Below, piece after piece: positions 1-30,906 of a stretch of 64,000 nt of DNA. The notes beneath the pieces are model-generated. The model worked only from the letters and a program-made list of their open reading frames with translations. It was not told where the DNA came from and did not search any database. Both the position numbers and the translations under genes were made by a program. Every line of letters starts with the position of its first letter. Positions within the stretch are counted from its first letter, which is position 1. The stretch comes from Acanthaster planci (Eukaryota): contig NW_019091357.1 in assembly GCF_001949145.1 (NCBI RefSeq), positions 1,120,671 to 1,184,670 on the forward strand, given 5' to 3'.

Positions 1-19
1 TGAATTGGTTTGTAAAATG

Positions 20-1124
20 AAAAAGTTCAACTAAAATGGAGCTTTTATGTCCATCTCCCCTGGAGCTTGTCAGACTTCCCTGATTGCTTCCATCAGAACC
101 ATTTAAGTTCCAAATCCATGTACTAAACCAGACGGCTGAATAAAAGATGCATTTAACTCCATAGCATTGGCAAGAGCTCACAAAGATTACTTAAACTTAG
201 TGCTTGCTCCCTAAAGTAGGCCTAACTACAGAAGTAACATGTTCGTTTCTCTTCTTCCGCCTGCAGAGTCAGACTCTGCAGTTAATCTAAATCTTGAACT
301 CCTCTTTTTTCCCCTTAATGTCAGCCTTAAGTACTCTACAGGGTTTGTTGTCATGGTGATTAATTTCATTTGAAGACAGTTGTCGTCTGAAGCCCCCGTG
401 ACCTGAGATGACTTAACTCTGAGGCTTTAAAGTCAGGGTCAAAGAAGCCCCATAAGATGCTGGTGTCCTTTGTGCACCCACTAGTAAAATCCTAGCTACG
501 GCACTGCTTTATATACACATACGGAGCTTTGAAGAGATTTAAAAAAAACAGAGCACCATTCTCTAAAACACTTTGAAACTGTCACAGAATTTGTTCACCA
601 GTTTGAAAAAAAGAGTTGAAATTTATTATAAATTATTTGCTCATTGGAAGGCAAGTTGGTAGCTTATCCTCCTGAATTTGCCTTCACGTGTTAAACTCAC
701 GAGCGATATGCGAAGACTTTGCATGGTTAGCGTCATCAAATTGCCAACTGCAATTGTTCAGTTTCAACGACTGGAGAAACGAACAATACACCTTTGACAG
801 TCCCTGGTATTTCACGAGAGATCGATTTCATGACTGAATACTTGGAAATAATTTATGCCGACTTTGAGACCTTTCAAGTTGAAGTTTCAGTTTGTGAGCT
901 AATGCTCGGCTTTTGAATGTACTCCACTTTTTACTCAGCATGAAATGCATTCTTGCTAATAATACGCATGTGTAATAAAATGGTCTACTAATAATGTTAT
1001 AACCATATATAGCATGTATATGTAAGTTGCATATCGCTGCACTCAGGCTTTTCAACTAACGCGGCACTTCAGTCTCCACCAACATGCAAATTGAGCAATG
1101 GTTGATCACCATCTTGGATCCAAG
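20..1124 (+). repeat. Diverged direct repeat, copy 1 (partner at ~25100-26254)
   Basis: Colinear similarity throughout. Exact 39-nt anchor AATACTTGGAAATAATTTATGCCGACTTTGAGACCTTTC at 837-875 and 25937-25975. Confidence 0.9.
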
Positions 1125-1658
1125 CATGCATGGAGCTATTAAACACAACTCTACCGTAAAATGTCATAACTGACTTTAAAAACGTCCGACTTTTCAACGG
1201 CCAAATAACCACCGCTGATTTGGAATTTTCGAGCGCATCTGCGGATATCACTCGCTGGATCCTGACGGGTACTGAGGAGAACTGGGCGTCTTCTTCGTGC
1301 ATATTTTGTTATGAATGTATCCAGCAAGATCGTAAGGACTTGTATTAGAGACTTGTCAAACAAAATGCAACGTGGACTCTTTTTTTTTAATTGCAGACTT
1401 GAACTGTCAGACGTTAAATTGCAGATTATTGACAAAACTAGCTGCATAGGCATTATTTTCTTTTAAAACATATTACGAACCAAAAACATCCAGTTGAATT
1501 AATAATAACTGGAGTTGATTCTGGCAACGATTTACACAATCTCACCATTTTGGAGGCCATACAGTCTCCTTTTTCAAAAGATACTGTGGGTGGCACTTTT
1601 AATGCTAATGAGCTGGCCAGAAATTCTTGCTTGAATTAGTGGTCTGCACCCTTATACA

Positions 1659-1768
1659 NNNNNNNNNNNNNNNNNNNNNNNNNNNNNNNNNNNNNNNNNN
1701 NNNNNNNNNNNNNNNNNNNNNNNNNNNNNNNNNNNNNNNNNNNNNNNNNNNNNNNNNNNNNNNNNNNN
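1659..1768. other. Assembly gap (N run)
   Basis: 110 N. Confidence 1.
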
Positions 1769-2058
1769 GGTCTCATTTCTTGCTGGGTATAGCAAAGTGA
1801 AATGAACAATTGCACGATCATCGGCCTACAATATCGTGAAATAAAAAGGTAAAATTTACGTTTTCTCGAAAACTACACAAGTCTTGGAGGAAGTATTTTG
1901 AAGACTGACTAAGGCTAGTTATGTATTTTTTCCAATAAAGATATTTCGGTATTATACGCTGATCTGATTTGGGGGATTTTATCAATGGCGTGCCAAAACT
2001 TTTAAACTTGCGCCTTTTGAAACGAGCGCCCACCCTATAATTAGGCAGTCCATCATGC

Positions 2059-2205
2059 ATTAGCCTTTCATCAAGGCTTTCGTGCCTGTGTGGGTGTTTG
2101 TGCGTGTATAACTACAAAGCGACTGGACCGGAGACCACATGCACAAGGGCTCAGTGGCTTTGCAGTTAACAAGCACAGCTACGAGGGCCTTGACGAAAGG
2201 CTAAT
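2059..2205. mobile_element. MITE with ~30-bp terminal inverted repeats
   Basis: Left ATTAGCCTTTCATCAAGGCTTTCGT...CTGTG versus right CACAG...ACGAGGGCCTTGACGAAAGGCTAAT (near reverse complement), no ORF. Confidence 0.75.
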
Positions 2206-2610
2206 CATACATGCCATGCGATCCGAGCGCTTTTCCACCGTACCTGGCCACGTGCTCACGGCGCAATTAGCATAGCGTGGGCCTGCGATCGTCCAAGCCA
2301 GTTGCTTATAACTTGTCTGAATTCGGAAGACTCCGGTACAACCACGTTGCACGGCTCTCCCCGAGGTACCTCGATCTCGCGTTTGGCTGTTTGGAGGTAA
2401 GAATTCCTTCGATAAAGTTGATTGGAAAGGAAAAAGCAGGTTTCCCCTGTAAAGTTAGCAGATGGAATGTTGTTGGGTGAAAAGTGCACGGTTTGTCACC
2501 CCCAGAACTAGAGCCGTGGAGTCCGATCCCCGCCTCGCTGCGCTCGTTCGTGGGATGGCGGGGCAGGCGTCGCACGTCACGGGTTCTGTTTAGGGGTACG
2601 TGTTGTGGCT
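2200..2610 (+). promoter_or_regulatory. CpG-rich putative promoter / non-coding first exon of the melanotransferrin gene
   Basis: Local CpG-dense island upstream of a CpG-poor gene body. Good donor GAG|GTAAGA after 2396, and an acceptor (gtgacag|) at 6387 just before the ATG at 6406. TSS not determinable. Confidence 0.5.
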
Positions 2611-5600
2611 GCCTTCGTTTATTCAACAAGTTCAAGCTAGCCAAACTGAAATAACTGTGAGATCCCTTTGATGTACAGGTGTTGAGTTCAGTGCCGTTTT
2701 CAATACATGGTGTATGGCTGTTGTAGTACACGCACACAAGTACGCCAAGTTGGAAAGTCTACTAGGCTAGTACTAGGCCTGCTAGTTCTAGATCATGTAT
2801 TGACGTTATGCAGACTTGAGTTGAGGAATCTTTCAGGCTTAACAATAACACTAACACTTCATTTTTTCAGACCATGACGTCAGCATGCCTTGAAAGTTGA
2901 ATATTCAGGATTGTTGTAATGGCAATGGTCGTCGAAAAGTTCTAATAAATTCTAGAATTTATGTGCGTATGCGCATAAATTGCCTGTGGAGGCAAAAAGC
3001 TTGAGCAGCCCATTGACTGAAAATGGACATGCAGAGGGGCACAAAATCCAACGTCATTTTCTCTCATCTTCTGCACTTTTTCACCTTCGTAAAAAATGCC
3101 GTAAGCTAAGAGAAACTGACATTGAAATTTGTGCCCTTTATATTCTCAATTGGCCACTCAAGCTTTTTGCCTCCACATGCCATTTGTGGGCATGGGCGCA
3201 TACAGTAACTTAGAATTTATTAGTAGAAGGGTCTATTAGTGTGTGAACAGTAGCTATCTTTGGACTTTGTGTCTAGAGATAGACAGTTTATTGGAGAGAA
3301 TCCCCATATGAATGTTGGTGGGTAACAGGTGTTATTGGGTGTATTGTGATGGCGCTGAAAGGGGAGGAATTCTAAGATAGCCATGTCCAAACAGCTTCAT
3401 GTGTAGTTTAATTGATCCATGGATAGCTCCATAATTGGCCTTACACCTGTTTGCACCTGTTTATCTGTTACTTCCAGAACTGTGGGGTTTGATGTCCCTC
3501 CCCCGCACTCCCAGGGGAAACAGTTCTATATAAGGATGCCAGTAATTATTCCCTACAGTGACTTTTTACATGTTCATGTAGTGATCAGAAAGCAAACACA
3601 TGTCCAGAAAACCTCAATTTATAATGAGGGAAAAACCGAGTCGTTTACTTAGAAAACAAAGGATTTATACAAGGGGAAGGGGTAAACTCTGCACAATACA
3701 GGCATATGATGCTCACTGGGCCAATTAAACATTTCATACCATCTCATCTCCTCAGGAGGAGTGTACAGCCATACAAACAGAAATAGTTTGAAATTAATTC
3801 CGGTGATATTTCCATGTCAAATTCAACAGGTCGGGTGTAACAGGGACACAAAAATGTCACGCTTTTGGACCCTGAATTTATAGAACAATCCAGATAGGAA
3901 GGATTCTTTTCTTTTTCTTTTCTTTTTATGTCAAATTGATTCAGTGGGCAACTTAAACACAGGAAAAGAGTACATTTATACAAGCACTGAATGGTATCTG
4001 TTTTAATTGAAGGAAAGTAACAATACTTGGAGTAGATCTACTAGTTGCCTGCAACAATAAATTTATTCAACCTTTTCGCACCACAGTCAAACTCCAATTT
4101 TCATTATCATGTTTTCTCATCATTTTTCCCAAATAAACTTTAAGGTCGGGTAGTGAAAACATGTTTGATTGGGCATGGAAGGAAGGAAACCACTTTATTG
4201 GTCGGGGAACAGGAAATACATGTAAATGTTTTGCATTTCTCAAACTATTTCATACATCCTGCCATAAATTTGCCTACATGAGTGCAGTGGGAAATTTATT
4301 TCATTCTTGAGACTTAAGGACAAGTAAGTGGCCCAATTAGATGTCAGTAGATTGGATACTGTCCTTTCCTGGTTTTTGCTGGTATGCGCATGTATGCCTG
4401 GTAAAGACCACAACTGTTCAAACTAATTATTTGGCAGAATCGTGGCCCTGACGGACCTCACAAAAGCTGCCAATTTATCTGTAGCAGCCATCATACAAGG
4501 TGATATTGTCACTGCATACAAAGTACGTAAAAGGTTGCTGGCAGGTTAAAGTTACCAGTAGTTCATCTTTCAATGGAACTAACCTGTGAATACCGCAGAG
4601 ACACTGAAGCATGGCTAAATGATTGTGTTGAGAAATGTTTGGGTCAGAAGCATCTTTGAACTTTTCAGTCCTAACAATGATTTTCGTTGTATTCTCATTG
4701 TGCAGCTGTAAGCTTGTCTTCGCTGTATGAAAACCATTTCATATCCCACGTCCCTTTTGCCTAAATTAAAGGCGTATCGGAAAGTGCTATTTTTCACATT
4801 TAGAGTTGCCTGTGTTTTCTGGATAACCGAGGGCGCTGTTGATGTTATGTCACTTGAGGAAGACACTGTTGAGCTTATAGTTTTCTGCTGAATTTCTTTA
4901 AACAAAATGTGTCCATTGCCAACATGTCTTACCATTTCCCATGCCCATATTTGATCATCAAAGAAAAAGACCATGTTTTTTGCACAAATCAGTGTAACAC
5001 AGAGGATAACATGTACATATACATGTACTTCTAAGGATGACATCACAGCATTGCTCATAAATATGGAGTTACTCATTAGCCTAAAAGCAAAAATGACTCC
5101 GCAATATACTTTAGACTAGAAATCAAAACCGTTTGCAGCAAGGTTAATAAAGTTCCTTTTCAGAAAAATGGAGAAAATGCATTACATGGTACCTTTAAAG
5201 TGCCAAGAACTGGCGTGATATCAGAAAGATTGTCAGGAACCCTCCTTTCAAAGCATATTTCTATGGAATTCAGGGGCTGAACAATGCTTAACCCAATTTC
5301 ATAGATACGGTTAATTTTTCAAGGCCCAAAAGTCGTGCTTGCGCAATGAACAGTACCTACATATTCTGGTGAATAAGGAAAGTTCTCACAGATGCTATTT
5401 TGTTTGAGCTCACATTGAAAATGAAAATGTTTGGATTCTTTTTCAGACGTGTTTGTTTCCATTTTCTTATCCCACATACAGGTTCATGTACTTGCCCAAG
5501 ACATTCCCTGAAAGAAAACTATTCACTAGACTATCCAAACACATGCAAGTTAGCAGTGTGTACATTGCACTGCTGAATTGAAAAAGTTCACAAAAGCTGA

Positions 5601-6405
5601 AATTCTGGCTCCCAACCAAGCGAGCAAAGCGAAGTCCTTGGCAAACTGCCAAGATATGTGGCGTACCACAAATTAAGTCGTCCTGTTTTGGGTCTTCCAG
5701 TCCAAGCCCTTCATGCATACTGTATCTGGCTTTTAAAAACATTTCAATGAGAATCTTTTTGTGCGTGAGAAAGTTCTCTTTTCTCAGGTTTGATTTAACT
5801 ACTCGGACAAAATGTTGTATTTGTAACCAAACCAAAAGTCTGAAAAAGAAATCTCTCAGTAATCAATGAGTTCATTGGCATCTGTTTCAGTTGACCATAC
5901 ATATTTGATTGACCCACAGACTACATTAGAATCTCAAAGCTATTAAAGAGTTTCAAAGCCAATAGCTTGTAATCCTATACAAAACAAGATCAGGTGTCCT
6001 GAACTGCCCTAGGTCTTAAATTTCAGTTCAATAAAGGAACAGAAGTTGACTGTACCTCGCACTTCTCCGTCTTCGGAAATTTGATCTTGCTCGGAGTATA
6101 TATTTCTGTATCGTACCAAAAAGTGTTTAGATTACATGAATGACTTAATCAAACGGTATAATGCAGTAGATCATTTTGTCATTTCCGTCGTCATGGTGAA
6201 TCAGCACTTGCTGGACATTTACCTCAGATGTTACTTAACAGGAACATGTATGTCACATCCACATTTGGGAAACAAACAGCATGTAAGTCATTGTTCCAAC
6301 TTTCCTTTGTCAGCAAAGTTTTGCCTGAAGTTTCTGGGGACCAGAGTGGCAAGTTTCTCTCTCGTCACGAGTTGAGCGTTGTGACAGGAAATCACCACAA
6401 CCAGG

Positions 6406-23885
<17,480 letters not shown>

Positions 23886-25095
23886 GGAGGAGCAGGGTTC
23901 CAAAAATGAAGGGCCTCAGCGAGAGGGCCTCAAAGTCGGCATGAGAAGTGCCACATTCTGGCAGCCTAGATTTCGGCGTGAGTCGACGTCAAGACTGGGA
24001 AATCTCTCAATTAAAAGCAATGGCCTGTTTTGTTTTGTTTTGTTTCTGGGTTTTGGTTGTGACTCCCCCATTTAATACTAAGACAAAATGTTAGTAGTGT
24101 AGTGGTCCATTCTGTAGTTCTCAGAGAGTTTTGTGGGTGTGTTTATTTCGTTCATGGGAAAATTAATTAGTTTTCATTCACTCAGAATCGAAGTTATTCA
24201 TATTTTTGACATTTAGCCTTCTCAAATTCATTCTAAAGGGACAAGGTGTGATTTGAAGTCTTTTCATCCATTGACTGTCTATCTCAGAGGAATTGAAGTT
24301 GGGCATCATTACAATCGCTGAGTTTCACTGGCTTTAAAGCATGCTTGCTTTCTTCACATCTTTCATTCTTTCACACTGTTTCTCTGCTTCTTTCATAGCT
24401 CTATTAGCCGCATTGTTGTTTTTTTTTAGTAGTAGTTAATGTGATCTTGATCTCTTTTCGATTTAACTATCCTTATTTTTGTTTAGTGTGTAAACTAACA
24501 GGCCCATTTGAGAAATTTCATAGAGTGAGAATTTGACGAAGAAACAGAATTTCAAGGATTTTTGGCTTGGCGTGAGCAGAATGGTGCATGTGCCCCTTCA
24601 AGGTCAAAACCCAGACTGAACCGGATTGAACCAGTTGTGTGGCAAAGATGTACATGTACACCCTGGGCCAGCTGGTGGCCCTAGGAGGGTGTGTTGGGTG
24701 CCTACGAGGGAACGAGGATGAAACGGTTCAGGCTCTGGTCAGATTGGTGTGCTAACATTAAGTGCCCCCTCAATTGTTGAAAAGGAGAGAGTGAGGATAC
24801 TGGAGGGCCGTAAGACTCCATGTTACCCCATGCACGCTGGTATGCTTAGATCATGTGACACTGAGGCACCAATCTGCGAAGCATCCTGTGACGTGCTGCC
24901 ATTCTCAGCTTCCACAGCTGTGCATGGTGTTCACATTCAGGAAATACCTAGCACACATGGCCAGAACGAACTAGACCTGACTGGTTCCAGCTAGTTTGTA
25001 CAGGATTAGATGAAGTTCGTAGGATTGCTTCGAATGTGGTTTGTTGAAAAATGTCGCAAGCAGGATCGACTGTCCTAGTGTGACTTGTTTTGTAG

Positions 25096-25210
25096 AATAA
25101 AGAAGTTGTAAAATGTAGCTGTTAAAATGCCGATGTCTAGATTCCCTTGGAGTTTATCTGACTTCCCTTATTGCTTCAGTCACAGCAATGAGTTCCAAAT
25201 GCAGAATAAA
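25096..25210 (+). terminator. Candidate polyadenylation signals for melanotransferrin
   Basis: AATAAA at 25096-25101 and 25205-25210, about 1.2-1.3 kb after the stop codon. Confidence 0.45.
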
Positions 25211-26254
25211 GGATGTATTTACTCCTTGGAATTGACACAAGCTTGCAAAGATTGCTCAAACTCAGTGCTTTCTTCTTAAAGTTGGCCTAACTAATTTGTG
25301 CTTGCATTCATTTCTTTTTTTCTTCCTACAGCATCAGCCTCTGCAGTTAATATAAATCTTGAACGATCTGGTTTTCTTAATGTCAGTCTTAATTGGTCTA
25401 CAGTGTTTGTTGTCATGGTGATTAATTTCATGAGGAGACAGTTCTTGTCTGAAGCCCTGTGACCTCTGATGGGTCATGACCGGAATCCAAAGCTTTTAAG
25501 TCAAGGTCAAGTAAGCCACAGGGCCAGTGCTCCAATCAGAAATCCTGTGTCGACTTCAGTGTCGTCTGCATATACACATACGGAGCTGTGGAGAGATTTT
25601 TTTTTAAAAGCACCATTCTCAAAAAACACTTTTCAAACCGTCACAGAATACATTCAACACCAGTCCTTAGTTTGAAAAAAAGCTGACGAGAATTATAAAT
25701 TACTTGCTGATTGGAATGTCGGCAGCTTATCCTGAATTTTTCTTCATTTTGACTGACGAAAGTCAGAAGTTCTTCAAGTTTTGACTGACGAAAGATATGC
25801 GAAGTATTTTCATGGTTAGGTCCTAACCAGTTTTTGCAAAATGCTTCATCGGCTTTTTTAGTTTCAACGATTGGAGAAGCGAATAATACGCTTTTGAGAG
25901 TCCCTGGTATTTCATGAGAGATTGATTTTATGATTAAATACTTGGAAATAATTTATGCCGACTTTGAGACCTTTCGGGTCACAAGTTGACTTGAAGTTAA
26001 TATTGTTGAGAGTACTTAATTTTGGCTTTGAATGTTTGTGTACAAGTACTCCATTTTTTTCCCAGCATGAAATGAATTCTTGTTAATTTACGCATGTGTA
26101 TAAAACGGTCTACTTATAGTGTAGCATACGTTATAACTAAAGAAGCATGTACATGTATGTTGCATATCGCTGCACTTTTCGACTGACGCGGCATTTCTGT
26201 CTCAACCAACATGCAAATCGAGCGCTGGTTGATCACTGTAGTCTTGGGTTCAAG
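25100..26254 (+). repeat. Diverged direct repeat, copy 2 (3' end/flank of the melanotransferrin gene)
   Basis: Matches 20-1124, e.g. GTTTGTTGTCATGGTGATTAATTTCAT, TATACACATACGGAGCT, CCAACATGCAAAT...GGTTGATCAC. Contains a small internal duplication TTTTGACTGACGAAAG x2 at ~25747-25794. Confidence 0.9.
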
Positions 26255-29200
26255 ACGCCTTTTGCGGTACTGCGGTCCATTTTGAGGTGTAACAGCCGCT
26301 TCTTGTGATAGCAATTCGTCGGCAGGTCTTGAAACAAAGACTATCTGATCACCTGCGTGCATTGCCTGTCTGCCCTAGCCCTCATTACGTACATGTACAC
26401 TGCACATGTAGGTTCTGCACCAATGTGCTCATGGTGACAACTTGCGATCGGTTTGAAAAGCAGTTTGCCGCAATGAATGATGTCGTCATAACCAGTGTCG
26501 CGCGAGTGCATAATTTGTGTTGTGATTAAAGAACCCTTTAAGCCCAACCAGTCTGAATCCAAGAAGCATGTGCATATGGTCCGGGGGGTTAAAGTACTGT
26601 AACAGTTCATTAGAATGATAAGATGTCCATTAACAAACTTCTTTGTAACAATAACTTATTCCAATTCTTCAAAAGAGTTTACTTAATGTCCACGTTGTAC
26701 CTCTATCAAGGACGTCACATTTTATTCAATGTGACTTTCAAAAACGACAGTGTTGTTTTACAATAAGCAAGATTTAAGTGAACATTATTAGTGGCTACAT
26801 TTGAAAACGTTTTACAGGTGTGTTCTTTGTGATGTCATAATTTGCATGAATGATTTGGGTGTTCCTTCTGAGGTATGTTGTGTTACAAATTCACAGACGT
26901 AGAACGTGGCTACCTTGTCTGCTGTAGTATGGAACGCGCCATGTGGAAATCTTTAAATGGCCAATAAGATCCAGTTTGTGATGATCATACCAGGTATGTG
27001 CAGCCAATCAGGTTGATCGTTCTATGACATCAAAGCGGTTTTTGCGTTGCACGTCAGCATCCGTCGAACTTAAGTCCTTGCTCCAAACATAATGTTATCC
27101 GGTACTCAGAAAAGTAGACTGCCTTGTATAAGGGTCTTCCGCAGTTTCAGTGTGATAGAAGTTCTTTTAGAATGCATAATTTTTGTACCGCAAAACAGTT
27201 TCCAAGTTGACCCAGCTGTAATCGTGGAATGGATCTGTTGCTCTAGGTTTGGCTTTGAAGTGGAAGCTGAATGGTTAATATTGAGAATAAAATGCTATAG
27301 TTACCCGAAGTGAAAATGATTTGTTCTTTTCTATCATTTTTGCCTTGTAACGAATTCCTCCTTGAACGGACCTCTGCATTGCGATGTTAGATCGAGAAAT
27401 TCTGGCAGAGGTTATTAACGGGAAAAAAATCAGTTCGACAATTTTCTTGAACATAGCTGGTTTGTTTCTGCTTAACAACACAACACTAAACCTCCTAGTC
27501 CTACAGCGAGAAGATGATAAAATGCTCAATTCTGAATTGAAAATCGTCCATCAGGCTATATTTAGAATTCACCGCAATTTTAACAGAAATTCTGGCCTGC
27601 ACTATATCCACAAATAAAATCCTAGGTACGCGAGCACCCGAGTACGTATTCATGTTCCAAGCCCAAATAATAGGTGACCCTTGCCGACAACCTCTCGAAA
27701 CAGTCACCGATCCAGATATGAAATCATTAGCCGCTTCGGGAACAAAAACTGACGTATGCGCAGACCGTGTAATGGCCGCCATTCACAAGCCGGCCCGCAT
27801 CGACGCACCGCGTCATGAACACGATCTCCGGTTGATGAATAATTAATGTCCCACACGCGTGCCTTGGCGTTTTATTTTCAGCCCCTACACGCGACCACCT
27901 CTCCAGCGGTTTAAAGGAGGCGTGTGCCGTGTAAAAACACGCCACGTTTCGGTGCTCTTTTCCCCCCCTCGAATTCCGTGTCTCAACACGGGGAAGCATT
28001 TCCATTGATTGTAGCATGTGACGCCTTCTGTGTTTGGACGTGCACGTAGTACACCTGACAACCCCGGCGGTCTATTAAATAGAGACATTTTTGACAGCCC
28101 CAGCCAGTAGTGATGTAGCTTACAACACACGGTGAGTCTGCACCTATTTAACATATTTGTATTTTTGGCTCATATTTGCTTCGTATCGTCTGCTTTTATA
28201 ATGTACAAGTATACTTTATGGACTAGTTAAATGCATTGGTATATTTCATTTGAATGCGAACAGACTCGCAATGTAACAGTCGCACATTTTTGCACCAACA
28301 ATATTGTTCGTGTTGTTTAAAGGTTACGATCTCTTGCGCGGTTTTCATATTAACATAATGCAAATGAGTCAAATTTAAATTTTAAGTGCACAATATTATT
28401 GTAAAAAATGTGATGGTGTTTTGTCTTAATTTGCCTCACTGCTGCGGTACTGTGTCGAACTAAAGACCGACTGAGCCTAATCTATACCATTTGGTCAGTC
28501 ACAGGCCCAGAATCTCAATACAAAAATCAATTCCTGCATCCTGTGCACAATTGCGACGTAATACATTGCAGACTGCTCGGCCGTAGTTTAGCCCTACGAT
28601 GCCCCGGGGAATATGGTGCCAAATACGGCGGAGAGGAGGCTGGCAGTACGTAGAAGAAATCCACTACTTGAGAAATAAAAAGACGGCCATGAACCATGCC
28701 TTTTGATGGAACAAGTCTTGTTTTAGAAGGCACGCTGGTACCATCATTTCGAACACTCATCAGTTAGAGCAAATAAGAGCAAAGTCGGATGGAATGACCC
28801 TTTTAGAAGCTTCTTTCTAAGAGGGTCGAGAAATAAGAAAAGCCAGCATCAAACTGTTTTCATTAGTCTATTTTATTTCATTGTTTGTATGTTATATTAC
28901 ACTTGGCTCTGCTGCGCCGATGGACTTCGTAAACTAAACACGGTCATTCCATGGATATTTTTGCCCTACACACTGAAGCTGCAACCATCTTACAAACAGT
29001 CGCGGGCGTGAAAAACCTACCTGCACAAATTGCTAATGGCATATATAATTATCAAGGATTACAGCAAACAAAAACTGCAGATACAGTCTGTATATACCTC
29101 CCCAAAAACGAGATTATCGCACGGTAAACTTCCGCAATACAGGTACGAAACCTGAGACTATTTTTTTCATTACACTTCCTGAATTGTGCGCTTACCGTTC

Positions 29201-30906
29201 TGTTTTAGTAATTTTAGAAAGACAGGTTTAAAAAGCTAGCTAAAAACCGAAACTCACAAAATGTATGAACAGTTTTAAACGACCTGTTTGCCAACATTGA
29301 AGCAAAACCAATACATATTTTCGTCTATTGAGAATCATTAATTTTTTCAAGAAAAAGAAATGATCCTACCAACTCCCTTATTACACCAATGACTTCCTTC
29401 ATGTGCATTGTCCCATGAAGAATGCACCCGTTATCATTTTGAGTGGTAAACCCCAAGCGCATGCGCTTTGGTATTTACGATAGCACCAATTTTTTTTTTA
29501 TATCTGTTATCCCCTTATGGGTATAAAAATTGAATGCGGATGCGCGTTGGGTTAAGCACAATCTCGGCACGGGGTTTTATCAGCATGCACAATATACGCA
29601 GGTCTCGCATAGTCAAATAATTCATTTGATAAACAAGTCCTGGCTTGCTGTAACCGTGAAAGACGCTCCAACGACCATGACGACATGTGCCTCACTTAAC
29701 AAATTATGACCAGCATCAGTCATGGTGAACAGCAAGAAAAACAAACGCTGAAGAGGGAAATTATTAATGCTATGCACATTCATTTTTTCCTTTGACCTTT
29801 TGTTCATCACTGATTGTTTTCAATGCTTTTCAACTGACGACGTAGTTGATGTTTACGGCTGTCCCCCAAAATCCCAAATCACGTGACACTGCTTCATGCG
29901 TGATTTGGTGAGGAATTGCTGATTTTGAACATCGTGCATGCGTAATGTGAATTGTTTGGTGAATATACTTCCCGTCGCAATGACTGCAGGTTCTGTTCTC
30001 ATATTACACTACAGGCTCTGCAAATTTTGCCTTACCAGCAAAATCCCTCCATTCATAAATATTTCTGTCGATAATCCTCCCTTGTTCTCCTCATGTACGG
30101 CAAGCGTTAATGATCTGTGAGGCGCAATCCAATTGGTCAATGGGTTGATTCGTTCATGTTTTATTGTTCAGCGCGTGTCCCCATTGGTCAATCAATGATA
30201 CAAAACAGATGGCTGTCTGCCTTGTACCAGCACATCTGTCAGAATATTTTAATTTAACGCTCAAAGCACAAAAGGGTCATGTAAATATCAATACTATGAG
30301 CGAAACGAACGTAAAACTGTGACACTGTGAAGTTGGAACCCGGTGATGTTCGAAATAGCCTACGCTATAGTTCGAAAGGTGTCGCTTGGAATAACATTAT
30401 TAGAAGAGATTACAACTTGTGCAGGCGCTTGAAACCCAGTTCATGACTGGTAATTCCCCTTGCATGTGGTTGATGTTCCGCAAGACAAGACACGAATCGA
30501 CACAGTGTCATGTTCAGAGGAGAACTTAAGTAACCATGCACACAACTGCTCCGAAATCGTTGTAAATCTGTGTCAGCGAGAAGGGGGATTGTCTAGACAG
30601 TTTCACGCGGTGGACAAGTTCAGGCTCGATTTGCGTCAAACCGGATGTAACTATTACCCCGAAATCCGTTCGTATTCACTCTTTTACTAAACTCAAGTCT
30701 GCTCAAGCGCGGATTGGGAATGAGACATGCGGTTTATTAAGTGGAGGAAGGTTAAAGGTTACTTTCCTTTATTAGTGTTGACTTGGGTGGTAAAGAGGCC
30801 CCGAATTATTCGAGATTTTAGCAGCTGAACTTGACCTGTAATATCTAATACTCTGGTACTTTTATTTCTTGGTTTGCAGCTTAAACATTGTGTTTAGTTT
30901 ATCAAG

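Noticed and set aside
4766..5198. Kolobok-like element bounded by TTAAAGG...CCTTTAA
   Set aside because: The ends match for only a few bases beyond TTAA, too little to support without a repeat library.
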